Shown piece after piece: positions 1 through 9,686 of a stretch of 64,000 bases of DNA (positions within the stretch are counted from its first letter, which is position 1; every line of letters begins with the position of its first letter). The stretch covers positions 160,001-224,000 of the forward strand of contig OZ244057.1 in the NCBI GenBank assembly GCA_965215515.1, in the 5' to 3' direction. A model generated the notes under the pieces. It made no database searches. It was given only the letters and a program-made list of their open reading frames with translations, and was not told the origin of the DNA. This DNA is from Oligoflexales bacterium (GTDB taxonomy: Bacteria; Bdellovibrionota_B; Oligoflexia; Oligoflexales; JAPPIL01). Made by a program: the position numbers and the translations under genes.

Positions 1-85
1 TGATCTTCGTCGTGTGGCTACCAACTGACTTGCCGATAGCGGCCTCTTCGCCTTTGTGAGCACCGCTGCTGTGTTGATGTGCCTT

Positions 86-154
86 AACGACAACGGGCAT
101 GCTAATCTGCCAAGCTGGATCGAGACGGCCGCCAAACAAGCAGGAAGGAGTTAG
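86..154 (+). pseudogene. C-terminal remnant of a DUF1863/MTH538-type TIR-like protein
   Basis: Frame reads NDNGHANLPSWIETAAKQAGRS*, resembling the end of DUF1863 TIR proteins (..DGY.N...WIE.AA..AGR). There is an in-frame TGA at 26-28, so the TIR body is absent. Confidence 0.5.
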
Positions 155-157
155 CCA

Positions 158-568
158 TTGGACAGTGACAAGATAGAGCATCTGAAGTTTACTCAAAACA
201 TAATCAGCCGCATGGCTAGCGACAGCGGCCTGATGAAGCGGTGGACGATGGCACTTGTCCCCGTTGTAGCTGCGTTTGGAAAGTTCGGCGGTGCCCCTAT
301 CGTTGCGGGCATTGCTGGTGGCATTCCCTTCATCTTCATGTGGTGGCAGGATGCTAAATATTTGAGACTAGAACAGACGTATCGTAAATTATACGAAGCG
401 ATTGTTGCTGGTGAGGATGTCAGAATGTTTGACCTCGACTTCAGACCATATCTTGATCGTGTTAACTCTGATTTCAAAACGGCGTGCTCATGGTCAGTTG
501 CTTCGTTCTACCTTCCGCTCCTCGTTGCACTGATAGTGGCATTGGCAACTGTAGCATTTTCAGCCTGA
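158..568 (+). CDS. Small membrane protein of the family often found beside TIR genes (putative defence effector)
   Basis: SD GGAAGGAG with TTG start; motifs EHLKFTQNIISRMA..S..MKRW and WWQDAKYLRLEQTYRKLY; several hydrophobic segments. Confidence 0.65.
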   Translation: MDSDKIEHLKFTQNIISRMASDSGLMKRWTMALVPVVAAFGKFGGAPIVAGIAGGIPFIFMWWQDAKYLRLEQTYRKLYEAIVAGEDVRMFDLDFRPYLDRVNSDFKTACSWSVASFYLPLLVALIVALATVAFSA

Positions 569-643
569 TACTCCCCCTACCTCATCCCAAAAATTACCGA
601 CTTATCCAACAATGCCCAAAAAAACTCACAACGCGCAGTTTGG

Positions 644-670
644 TAAAGATAAATTACAAAAAGCCGATAA
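644..670 (+). promoter_or_regulatory. Sigma-28 (FliA) promoter
   Basis: Exact TAAA-N15-GCCGATAA ending 36 nt before the protease ATG. Confidence 0.75.
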
Positions 671-706
671 CTGAATTGAGAGGTTGCCACTAGGGACTAT
701 ATTTTA

Positions 707-2527
707 ATGAAAATAAATTTTCTAATATGCTTAGTTTTGCTCCTGTCATCGTCAAATCAGTCAGCGGCTTTTGTGGGCGGTGGTGTGCCGCGGTGGGGGT
801 GGGAGGATTTGGGTAGCACGCAGGCGGTATCGGTTCTGCATCCTTATCGTGGAGGTGGTTTACCGCCGCGGTGGGCACTCTATAGGCATGGTCTGCTCGA
901 TCTGCGTGCTTATGGTGAGTTGTTGTTGCGCCAGCAGGGGTTAGCGCACGTGTTGGAGGTTGTGGCACGGCCGCGTGATCGGCGGAGGGTTGACTATCGT
1001 TATCGTTTGGGAGGGCATGATGTCTGTAATTTGCGCACTGCGCTGACTCGTCTGCGCGATGGGCATATTTATTGGCGAGGGCATTATCCGACTGCGATGT
1101 GGAGTGGTGATACGTATATCTGGCCAGCGCGTGAGCTGGCCGTGGCGCAGCTAGAGGAGGTGTTTGTCGCCGCACGGGTGCTGCGTATCGATACGGTGAC
1201 CCGCTGTCTACTGGCAACGACACGGGGCTACGTGCCTGTGTACGATTTCAATGTGCGCGTCGGGACGTTGCCATATCGAGTGCGTACCGATGGGCACGAG
1301 GTGTTGGAGGTACAGCCACAGTTCTATGATTTGCAGGGAGAGTTCTATGTTTATCGCGAAAATTCAGTGCGCAGCGGCAGCAAAGAGCGGTTTCTCATCG
1401 AGATCGATACGAGAGGGCGTTTGAGCAACAGGTATTTTGACGCGGTCGGGGCCACCCCTGACGGGGGTGACACCTGGCGACTGAAGCAGTCTAGCAATAC
1501 CTTCAATTATAACGATACCGATAGAGAAATGGCACAGGTCAGCGCTTTTGCACATGCCAATTTGATGTTGCAGTGGTTTAAGGGGCTTGGTTTCAGCTGG
1601 TACGGTAATTGGCACAACGACAGAGGCAACAATGATATCGTTATCGTGACGCACGCCAATTATGACCCTATCCGCCAGATCAGAAATCCCAACAATGCTT
1701 TCTACGCACCCCCGTTTCTTTTGGAGAATGGTACGTGGCAAAAACCCCACATTCTGGTCGGTGACGGCGATGGACGCGACTTGCAAAACCTTGCGCTGGA
1801 CGGTGATGTTATCGCACATGAGCTTGGACATCATATTATTTACCAATACCTGCCTGTCACCGGTGGCCATGCAGGTACTATTCACGAGGGGCTGGCCGAC
1901 TTCTTCACCTTTGCGCGCACAGGTAACCCCTGTTTAGCAGAGAGCACCTGCCCTGACGGCTCGACGACAGCTTGTCAATTGGAAGCAGAGTGCATGCGTT
2001 ATGCTGACCACGACTTCGCCTGGCGTGACTTACAGGGGTATGGTGTTCACGTCGAAGGGCAGGTTTTGTCTGGCATGTTGTGGGATTTGCGCACCGAGTT
2101 TGGTGTCATACCCGATGACGTAAACAGGATTGTTTTTAACGCAGTGAGTCACTTTACCCCCCAGACCCAGCTGGCTGGTTTTATCGACTCCCTGTTGGTG
2201 GCTGATCGCGATCTTTTTGCAGGAAATAATTGTGCGAACATTCTCAACGCGGCCCTCGGTAGAGGGTTGCAAGACTACATTTCTCCTACTATCAACTGTC
2301 GTGGGGTAAATTCCCCCTTGTTTGTCGAGGAGGAAAGTACGGAGACAAGTACGGAGACAAGTGTCGAGGAGGCAAGCGCGGCCGCGGAAAAGAATGAAGG
2401 ATACGGGTACACACGTCACCAAGGCGGTTGTGGCACGATCTTGTCCTCACCCGTGTCTTTCTCTTGCGTTCTGATAATACTGCTGTTGCCTCTGTTGCTT
2501 GCAAAGCATACCTACCGCCGCTTCTGA
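707..2527 (+). CDS. Secreted zinc metalloprotease (M4/M36 gluzincin) with C-terminal GGCG sorting signal
   Basis: Signal peptide; NNAFY, HELGH and HEGLAD motifs; C-terminal GGCG, TM helix and basic tail. Confidence 0.85.
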   Translation: MKINFLICLVLLLSSSNQSAAFVGGGVPRWGWEDLGSTQAVSVLHPYRGGGLPPRWALYRHGLLDLRAYGELLLRQQGLAHVLEVVARPRDRRRVDYRYRLGGHDVCNLRTALTRLRDGHIYWRGHYPTAMWSGDTYIWPARELAVAQLEEVFVAARVLRIDTVTRCLLATTRGYVPVYDFNVRVGTLPYRVRTDGHEVLEVQPQFYDLQGEFYVYRENSVRSGSKERFLIEIDTRGRLSNRYFDAVGATPDGGDTWRLKQSSNTFNYNDTDREMAQVSAFAHANLMLQWFKGLGFSWYGNWHNDRGNNDIVIVTHANYDPIRQIRNPNNAFYAPPFLLENGTWQKPHILVGDGDGRDLQNLALDGDVIAHELGHHIIYQYLPVTGGHAGTIHEGLADFFTFARTGNPCLAESTCPDGSTTACQLEAECMRYADHDFAWRDLQGYGVHVEGQVLSGMLWDLRTEFGVIPDDVNRIVFNAVSHFTPQTQLAGFIDSLLVADRDLFAGNNCANILNAALGRGLQDYISPTINCRGVNSPLFVEEESTETSTETSVEEASAAAEKNEGYGYTRHQGGCGTILSSPVSFSCVLIILLLPLLLAKHTYRRF

Positions 2528-4173
2528 AACCCAACCTTCAGTACGGGTGCTGGCTTACTGTTGGATGCCGACGGCACAGGTGGTATCACGATACCACCGC
2601 GTGCCGCAAACCAAGCATCTATATCCTCGTCGCTCAACGCGTAACGCCAGAACGTAACCCCCCGATCGATAGCATATTCTGGTGCATTGTGAAAAACCAA
2701 GGTAGGGCGTAATTTTTTCAAGAACTGCTGGTCACCTGTTCCCCTTGCTGACGGTTGCAGGCATGGTTGTTTTCTGAAATAAGCTAACATCTTGCTGATG
2801 TCGATCTTAAGATGGTTGTAGGTGGAAACTCCTTGCGGCGGCAGCGTGTAGAACTTGTTCTTTACGGTAGAAGCGTTATCCCCACAGCCAAGTGCTGGAT
2901 CGAGATAAATATAGCGTGGCGTGAACCCGTCGTTAGGCGGTGACCAATCAAAATAAAGGTGGAGTTCACTGGCTGTCTTGTTGCTAAAATCAAACCTTGT
3001 CACCCATCCCTCTCCCTGAACAGCAAGCGTGCCCTGCCTGCTCGACATGTTGTCCAACAGTTCAGGAGTTAGAGGCTGGCGATGGGTAAAAATTAACTGC
3101 TGTCCTTGTTGCCGTTTAAACTCCATGGTCAGCTCTGCCTTCGTGGACAACAGCAGGGAAGCAAATTTTTCCAACTGTTCTCCACAACTTGCCGCAATAA
3201 AATTGGCACAGATGTCGTTGACATTTAGACTCGCCACCCTCTTGCGAGGGTCTGTGTTATGTATCTCGATGCCACGGTCAGCCAACAGCCTTTTCCGCAC
3301 GACACCTCCTCCATCACGGACTTGGAGGGATACCTGCACCCGTGTATCATCAGGAAACTTAAATAAATTATCGCCACCAGCATAGCTCACATACAGATCA
3401 CGCACATAGCTGAGGTGCGGGTCGCGCGCTAACGCGGGGTTAGGGGTAGGTGACGGAGATTGTGGCATTTGATAGCGGCTTTTGTCACGGAAATAGATGT
3501 TTTCCAGTTCGATTTTATCGAGATTGACCAATTTCGTGGTGTCGTGGGGGTAGTAGCCGATGCCTACCTGAATATGTGGATGACCTTTAGCAGGTTCAAG
3601 GAGGACGAAGTAACGTGTGCTGCCGCGGATGCCTTTGATGTTGCTGAAGGTGCAAAAATTTCCCCCGCAATGGAGTGTGCCAAAGCCCTGCTGACCAAAG
3701 TCTTGTGCGAACAACTGCTGTTGATCGCGCACCACCTGTGCATGCGTCAAGGTCAAGGTTGGAGAGGCATGTGAATCGATACTGAACACGAGACGGCGGC
3801 AATTAGCTTCGATATCCTCCATGGCAAAGGCAGCATTAGAGTCTCTAGACAAAAAACGATCACCCGATAGCTGTGCCTGCGGTTTGTCGCTTGCCACTTT
3901 GAATTGCTTGGTAATCAACTCCCCGTCCATACCACCCAACTTATGCGAGGTAAAATTAACATGGCTATCGATGATGCGGTCGATTTCTGCTGCCGCCCGC
4001 CCCTGTGCCTGCAAGTAGGCACGACAACGCACATCACCGAGATAGTTTGCTGCTATCTTCAACTCATCGTTAGCAGTGATTATTGACTGTACATCCTGCA
4101 CAGGTTGTAGCTTGCACCACACTAAACATCCAACTAATGACATCCCAACTACCACTTTCAAGATCTTAAACAT
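2512..4173 (-). CDS. Secreted/lipoprotein hypothetical protein, possible C-terminal LamG-like jelly-roll
   Basis: 553-aa ORF with SD; N-terminal signal SLVGC; AIDRGVTFWRYALSDEDI resembles the LamG terminal motif. Confidence 0.7.
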   Translation of the reverse strand: MFKILKVVVGMSLVGCLVWCKLQPVQDVQSIITANDELKIAANYLGDVRCRAYLQAQGRAAAEIDRIIDSHVNFTSHKLGGMDGELITKQFKVASDKPQAQLSGDRFLSRDSNAAFAMEDIEANCRRLVFSIDSHASPTLTLTHAQVVRDQQQLFAQDFGQQGFGTLHCGGNFCTFSNIKGIRGSTRYFVLLEPAKGHPHIQVGIGYYPHDTTKLVNLDKIELENIYFRDKSRYQMPQSPSPTPNPALARDPHLSYVRDLYVSYAGGDNLFKFPDDTRVQVSLQVRDGGGVVRKRLLADRGIEIHNTDPRKRVASLNVNDICANFIAASCGEQLEKFASLLLSTKAELTMEFKRQQGQQLIFTHRQPLTPELLDNMSSRQGTLAVQGEGWVTRFDFSNKTASELHLYFDWSPPNDGFTPRYIYLDPALGCGDNASTVKNKFYTLPPQGVSTYNHLKIDISKMLAYFRKQPCLQPSARGTGDQQFLKKLRPTLVFHNAPEYAIDRGVTFWRYALSDEDIDAWFAARGGIVIPPVPSASNSKPAPVLKVGFQKRR

Positions 4174-4212
4174 ATCTCCCCCCTCTTCTCCCCCCTCTCG
4201 ACACCTGCCCTG

Positions 4213-4239
4213 GCATCGGTGCAGAAAAACAAATAATTA
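4213..4239 (-). promoter_or_regulatory. Sigma-28-like promoter (degenerate)
   Basis: Minus strand TAAT-N15-ACCGATGC, ~40 nt before the 553-aa ORF. Confidence 0.4.
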
Positions 4240-4286
4240 GCCTCTAATTAAAATTTTCGAGCTACTCTAGAAAATTGTGGATTGCG

Positions 4287-4306
4287 TGTAGATGCCCTCG
4301 CAAAAA
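4287..4306 (+). repeat. Dispersed motif copy 1 (TGTAGATGCCCTCGCAAAAA)
   Basis: 11-nt core shared with 25626, 61552, 63568 and (1 mismatch) 40443. Confidence 0.65.
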
Positions 4307-4451
4307 CATATGGTGGCAATGATAAAGCGGCGAAGAAATCCGTGTCCTACCACCTGAGCACACATACCGACGATATGAAAGAAAAAGGTACGCAAAGCTA
4401 GCTTCCCCTTGCACAACGCGATAACATAGACGATAACGCCCGTTTTGTTCT

Positions 4452-5171
4452 GTGAGGTTAAGCCTAACTGTGCCCGCGGTACTGTCGTTGCAGGATATAC
4501 GCTTTGCCTGGGAGGAGAACACCCCTGCCCTGCTGCATATCGCTGCATTTACCGTGGCACAGGGCGAGAAAGTCTTCGTGCACGGGGCGAGCGGCAGCGG
4601 CAAAACAACCCTACTCAACCTCAGCAGCGGCGTACTGCTACCCCAACAAGGCAAACTACAACTGCTCGGCCGCGAGCTGACCAGCATGTCAGCAGTAGCA
4701 CGTGACCGTTGGCGAGGAGCAGCAGTCGGCTACATTTTCCAGATGTTCAACCTACTACCAGCCTTCACCGCCCTGGAAAATGTCTGCGCACCATGTTTTT
4801 TTTCCGCCGCCAAACGCCAGCGTGTCGCAGCACAAGGTTTGTCGCCAGAAGACGCAGCAAGGCAACTGCTGACGGCACTACAACTCGACCCACAACAACT
4901 GTCCACCCAGCACGTCAGCCGTCTCAGCGTCGGACAACAACAGCGCGTCGCCGCGGCACGAGCACTGATCGGAGCACCACCCCTGATCATCGCCGATGAA
5001 CCGACCTCAGCCCTCGATCATAACGTGCGCGCCCAGTTTCTCGAGCTGTTGTTCGCCCAATGCCAAAAATTCAATACCGCCCTCCTGCTCGTCAGCCACG
5101 AACGTGAACTGGGCACACACTTCGACCGCAGTATCGGCTTGCACGACCTCAACCAAACAGGGAACGCATAA
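4452..5171 (+). CDS. ABC transporter ATP-binding protein (LolD/MacB-like)
   Basis: GASGSGKT, LSVGQQQRVA, ADEPT. Confidence 0.92.
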   Translation: MRLSLTVPAVLSLQDIRFAWEENTPALLHIAAFTVAQGEKVFVHGASGSGKTTLLNLSSGVLLPQQGKLQLLGRELTSMSAVARDRWRGAAVGYIFQMFNLLPAFTALENVCAPCFFSAAKRQRVAAQGLSPEDAARQLLTALQLDPQQLSTQHVSRLSVGQQQRVAAARALIGAPPLIIADEPTSALDHNVRAQFLELLFAQCQKFNTALLLVSHERELGTHFDRSIGLHDLNQTGNA

Positions 5172-6406
5172 TGCTGTGGCGCACAGCATGGAAGAACCTA
5201 CTCCACCGTCGTCTGACAACCGCGCTGATCGTGGTCGCGATCGCCGCGGGAATCGCCTTGCTGTTCAGCATCGAACGCGTGCGCTCAGGGGCACGAGAGA
5301 GCTTCGCGACAACCGTCGCGGGTATCGACCTTATCGTCGGAGCACGCGGTAGCCCCATCAACCTCCTGCTCTACAGCGTCTTCCACCTCGGCGATGCCGT
5401 CAACAACATCAGTGCAACGACCTGGCAAAAGCTGTCCCAACACGACGCGGTGCAAGCAGCTATCCCCCTAGCGATGGGAGATTCGTGGCGCGGCTATCGA
5501 GTTATCGGCACAACCACGGACTATTTTACCCATTACCGTTACGGCGAGCAACGACAGCTCGCTTTTAGTGCGGGACGAGCATTCACGGAGTTATTCGATG
5601 TCGTGGTCGGGCATACCGTGGCACAACGCCTCGCGCACGGTTTAGGCGAGCGACTGATTCTGGCACACGGAGTAAGTGACGTGAGCTTCAACGTGTCACA
5701 CGAAGATATGCCGTTCACAGTCGTGGGTATCTTGGCACGTACCAACACCCCCACCGATCGCTCGCTGTTCGTGTCCCTGCCTGCAATCACCGCCCTGCAC
5801 CTCGATAGCGAGCAGAAGCGCACCTTACAGACAGACACGGCATTACAACTCCCGACAATTTCAGCACTGCTGCTGAAGCTGCGGGAGAAGTTCACCGTGC
5901 TGGCCTTGCAGCGCACCATAAATACCGCTGAGCACGAAGCACTGACAGCCATCATGCCAGGAGTGAGCCTGCGGCAGTTGTGGAAGACACTCGGCCTTGC
6001 CGAACGCACATTCCTGCTAATGAGTTTTCTGGTGTTCGCCATCTCGCTGCTCGGCATGACCGCAGCCCTGCTGATCGGTCTCGACACCAGAAGGCAAGAG
6101 ATGGCGGTGTTACGCTCGATCGGTGCGTCGCCGCGTTTCGTTTTTGCGGTGCTGATGGTCGAAGCATTGCTGCTGAGTTTAACTGGCATCATCAGCGGAG
6201 TGGTCATCTCCTACCTAGGGCTGTACGCGTTTGAGCCGCTGCTGATCACCAAACTCGGCCTGACTGCGGGACTGTACACACCCGCAGTGAGTGAACTGTG
6301 GTTCTTGGCGGCAGTTATCGGTTGTGCTCTGCTGGCAGGCTGTGTTCCCGCCTGGCTCGCTTACCGCAACTCATTGGCAGATGGACTGACCGTGCGGATG
6401 GGGTAA
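5171..6406 (+). CDS. ABC transporter permease (FtsX/MacB family)
   Basis: N-terminal TM, periplasmic domain, RRQEMAVLRSIGAS motif; coupled to the ATPase gene. Confidence 0.9.
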   Translation: MLWRTAWKNLLHRRLTTALIVVAIAAGIALLFSIERVRSGARESFATTVAGIDLIVGARGSPINLLLYSVFHLGDAVNNISATTWQKLSQHDAVQAAIPLAMGDSWRGYRVIGTTTDYFTHYRYGEQRQLAFSAGRAFTELFDVVVGHTVAQRLAHGLGERLILAHGVSDVSFNVSHEDMPFTVVGILARTNTPTDRSLFVSLPAITALHLDSEQKRTLQTDTALQLPTISALLLKLREKFTVLALQRTINTAEHEALTAIMPGVSLRQLWKTLGLAERTFLLMSFLVFAISLLGMTAALLIGLDTRRQEMAVLRSIGASPRFVFAVLMVEALLLSLTGIISGVVISYLGLYAFEPLLITKLGLTAGLYTPAVSELWFLAAVIGCALLAGCVPAWLAYRNSLADGLTVRMG

Positions 6407-6498
6407 CCCTTTTGCCCGTTGCCACCTCGCAACGCTCTTTGCTACGCTACCCCCACCTGACTGAGTGCTGCGGGTTTTTTCTCCGTCTTCGAGTAGCC

Positions 6499-7566
6499 AT
6501 GACTGCAACTTCGGTGCTTGCTGATTACCTGCCGCGGGTGCTGGCCGTGCTGGCACGCTGTGCGCAACGGTGCGCCTTGCCCGCGCAGCTTGAGAAGATG
6601 GTCGGTGATGTAGTCAGGGATACTGAAGCCCTGACCGTCGTGCTGCAGGCAGGAGAGCTGACCCTCGCACAACGTCTGTCGCTCAGACAAGCATTGGTGC
6701 GGGAATTACGCACCGAGGGTGTGCCCATAGACGTACAATTTCGTCGTCTCGATCCTACCTACGTGCCGCGGCCGCAATCCACACGCACGACGCAAGCACT
6801 GGCCATCACTCGCCAGCCGCGTGCCATCGCACAGGTGGCACGGGTCATCGCGGTCGCGTCAGGCAAAGGCGGTGTGGGCAAATCGACCGTCAGTGCCGCG
6901 CTGGCACTGGCTTTTACCCGTCTGGGAGCACGGGTGGGTTTGCTCGATGCCGACATCTACGGGCCTTCCCTACCCACTATCTTCGGAACACACGGTCCCT
7001 TGCAAACCGACCGCGAGGGCAGGCTCGTGCCCATCGTCGCACATGCGGTGCAGACGATGTCGTTCGGTTATCTCACCGCCGCCGCGGCTCCCGCACTCTG
7101 GCGCGGGCCGCTCATCAGCAAAACCTTTCGGCAACTCTGTTACCAAGTTGCCTGGCACGAGGTAGACTGGCTGGTTATCGATCTCCCGCCAGGCACGGGC
7201 GATGTGCAACTGACGATGCTGGAGGCTTTACCCCTGTACGGTGCGGTGTTGGTAACGACACCGCAGAATTTAGCCTTGCTCGATATGCAGAAAGCGGCCA
7301 AAATGTTTGTCAGCTTGAAGGTAAACGTCATCGGCTTGATCGAGAACATGTCCACTTATCGCTGTCCGCATTGCCAGCATGAAGACCCGATGTTTGGTGT
7401 GGAGGGCGGGCGGCAATACGCACAGCGCACGGGGTTACACCTGCTCGGGGCGGTGCCTTTTCGTCCCGAGATTTTGCAGCATTGCGATGCAGGTGAGCCA
7501 CACGCACTCGCTGACGATACGTTCGTGAACATCGCGCAGCAGATTGTGAACGGTGTTGATGTCTAG
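6499..7566 (+). CDS. mrp: Mrp/NBP35 (ApbC) Fe-S cluster carrier ATPase
   Basis: SGKGGVGKST, DADIYGPS, DLPPGTGD, ENMS...CPHC; start chosen at ATG 6499. Confidence 0.9.
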   Translation: MTATSVLADYLPRVLAVLARCAQRCALPAQLEKMVGDVVRDTEALTVVLQAGELTLAQRLSLRQALVRELRTEGVPIDVQFRRLDPTYVPRPQSTRTTQALAITRQPRAIAQVARVIAVASGKGGVGKSTVSAALALAFTRLGARVGLLDADIYGPSLPTIFGTHGPLQTDREGRLVPIVAHAVQTMSFGYLTAAAAPALWRGPLISKTFRQLCYQVAWHEVDWLVIDLPPGTGDVQLTMLEALPLYGAVLVTTPQNLALLDMQKAAKMFVSLKVNVIGLIENMSTYRCPHCQHEDPMFGVEGGRQYAQRTGLHLLGAVPFRPEILQHCDAGEPHALADDTFVNIAQQIVNGVDV

Positions 7567-9091
7567 TTTTACGCTTTACGAACATCAGAAGACGGGGATT
7601 GATTTTTTTATCAACAACAGCATCGGTGTGTTGGGTGATGAAATGGGATTGGGCAAGACCTTGCAAGCCATCGTTGCCTGCCAGCGATTTTTGGCACAGG
7701 AGCTGATTACAGAGGTGCTCGTCGTCTGCCCGCGTTCGCTGAAACTCAATTGGTTTTATGAAATTAAAAAATTTACCGACACCTCTGGCCATGATATCGT
7801 TATCGTGGAAGGTGATCGCCACAAACGTCAGCGGCAGTTGCTCGCCCCGCGCCGATGGCTGATTATCAATTACGAGAGTCTTCGTATCGAGCACCAGCAG
7901 ATGTTGGCGATGTACAGACCGCTGAGTTTCGCGATGGTCTGTGACGAATCGCACAAAATCAAAAACAAGCAGGCCAAGCAATCACTCTCGTGCGTGGAGT
8001 TAGGCCGTTACGCAACACGCAAGTATCTTCTGTCGGGCACGTTTGTGGCTAATAAGCCTGAAGATGTGTGGAATCAGGTTAATTTTCTCGACGGCGGACG
8101 GCTGTTAGGCAGTTATCACAGTTTTAAAAAACGCTACTGCGTTGAGCGTGCCTTCAAGTACGGTTATCGTTATGTCAACAAAATCGTGAGTTACAAAAAT
8201 CTCAGCGAGCTGAAAGACAGACTGGATACGCTGATGTTACGACGGACGAAGGCGCAGTGTCTCGATTTACCCGACCGTGTGGTGCAAAAAATTCCTGTCA
8301 ACATGACCCCTAAACAGAAAACTTTTTACGACAAGATATGCCAAGGCATCGTCATGAACTTAAGCGAACCCGCGCAGAATTTATCGCTCGACAATATTTT
8401 AACCAAGATGCTCTATGCCTTACAAGTGTCTTCTAATCCTGCTTTGATCGATCCTGCGCTGCAGATAGAACGCCTTACGGCACGTTTGGCGGCCAAGCCT
8501 AGCCACCGCCCATACAGGCAGCAGTTGAAATTTTGGCGACAGCTGCGTCCCTTGCCTGCCACGGAATCAGGCAAGCTCAGTGCTCTCGATGATTTGCTGG
8601 AAACCTACTGCCGTGAACAGGAGCGCAAAGTCATCGTCTGGAGTTTTTTTGTGAAAAACATCGAACTGTTTGCCGCGCGTTATGCGAGTTACAACCCTGT
8701 GTTATGTTATGGTAAGACCAGTAACGCACAGCGTGATTACGCGGTGCAAGCATTCAACCACGATCCTGCCTGCCAGCTATTTATCGGTAACCCACAAGCA
8801 GCAGGGCTCGGTTTGACCCTGACGGCATCATCGCTGTGTATTTTCTACGATCGCAATTTTTCTACCGTCGATTATCAGCAAGCCGTCGATCGCATTCATC
8901 GTATCGGGCAAACACAAGTGTGCAACATCCTTATTTTGCAAGCCCGCCCGACGATCGACCAGCACGTCGATTATCTACTCGCGCGGAAAAACGAACTGAT
9001 TAACTTCTTGCAGGAGCAAAACCACACCCAGGACAGCCACGCCGAACTCGACCTCGACTCTGTCGAGGCTATGCTCGCGGGCGGACGCTAG
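7553..9091 (+). CDS. Stand-alone SNF2-family helicase/ATPase
   Basis: DEMGLGKT, DESH, LSGT, GLGLTL, QAVDRIHRIGQ. Confidence 0.9.
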   Translation: MLMSSFTLYEHQKTGIDFFINNSIGVLGDEMGLGKTLQAIVACQRFLAQELITEVLVVCPRSLKLNWFYEIKKFTDTSGHDIVIVEGDRHKRQRQLLAPRRWLIINYESLRIEHQQMLAMYRPLSFAMVCDESHKIKNKQAKQSLSCVELGRYATRKYLLSGTFVANKPEDVWNQVNFLDGGRLLGSYHSFKKRYCVERAFKYGYRYVNKIVSYKNLSELKDRLDTLMLRRTKAQCLDLPDRVVQKIPVNMTPKQKTFYDKICQGIVMNLSEPAQNLSLDNILTKMLYALQVSSNPALIDPALQIERLTARLAAKPSHRPYRQQLKFWRQLRPLPATESGKLSALDDLLETYCREQERKVIVWSFFVKNIELFAARYASYNPVLCYGKTSNAQRDYAVQAFNHDPACQLFIGNPQAAGLGLTLTASSLCIFYDRNFSTVDYQQAVDRIHRIGQTQVCNILILQARPTIDQHVDYLLARKNELINFLQEQNHTQDSHAELDLDSVEAMLAGGR

Positions 9092-9109
9092 TTTCTCCCA
9101 CCATCGTCG

Positions 9110-9619
9110 CTAGTGTGCGGTGTTAATGTTACGCATCGCGGTGATACGTGTCCGCAACAACTCGTAGCGTCTGGGGTTGAGAGGCTGAGGGAAGTGTTGC
9201 ACGATGTGTCCCTCGGCATCGATGAGAAAAGTTTGCGGTAACCAACGCACTCCATAGCTGCGTGCGACGGCCCCGTCTCCATCGATGGCGACGATCGACG
9301 CGGGTAACGTGCGCTGGTCAGCTTCGGCATCGAAAGTTAGAATAGAGATTATGGGCAATGCACGGTATGTGTCGCGCAGAGCACGCAGAAACTTTTTCTC
9401 GGCGCGACAGCGGGTGCACCAGGTCGCGAAGAAATTCACCACCACTACCTGTCCCCGATACCGACGTAGGGTAATTCTACCTTCGTGATGCGGGGATGGT
9501 AAAGCGAAGTCTGGCGCGGTGCGTGTTTGCGCAGTAGGGCTGAGCTGCCAGTAGCAGACGACGAGAACGGCCAGCACGAGCAGGATAAAAGAAATTTTTG
9601 TCCAATGTACACACATCAC
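9110..9619 (-). CDS. TlpA/ResA-family thiol-disulfide oxidoreductase
   Basis: TM anchor, APDFAL, NFFATWCTRC, LPQTFLID. Confidence 0.85.
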   Translation of the reverse strand: MMCVHWTKISFILLVLAVLVVCYWQLSPTAQTRTAPDFALPSPHHEGRITLRRYRGQVVVVNFFATWCTRCRAEKKFLRALRDTYRALPIISILTFDAEADQRTLPASIVAIDGDGAVARSYGVRWLPQTFLIDAEGHIVQHFPQPLNPRRYELLRTRITAMRNINTAH

Positions 9620-9686
9620 AGTTTCACGCTAACTACCACACGAAGGTGTGTGCCCGTGATTCCGCCGCCAACTCCCTTTATGATAC

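Noticed and set aside
13..39. GCCGATAG as a sigma-28 -10 box
   Set aside because: No -35-like TAAA at 15-nt spacing (TGTG instead)
4419..4437. Direct repeat CGATAAC x2 as a Zur/OmpR-type box before the ABC genes
   Set aside because: Too short, not palindromic, could be chance
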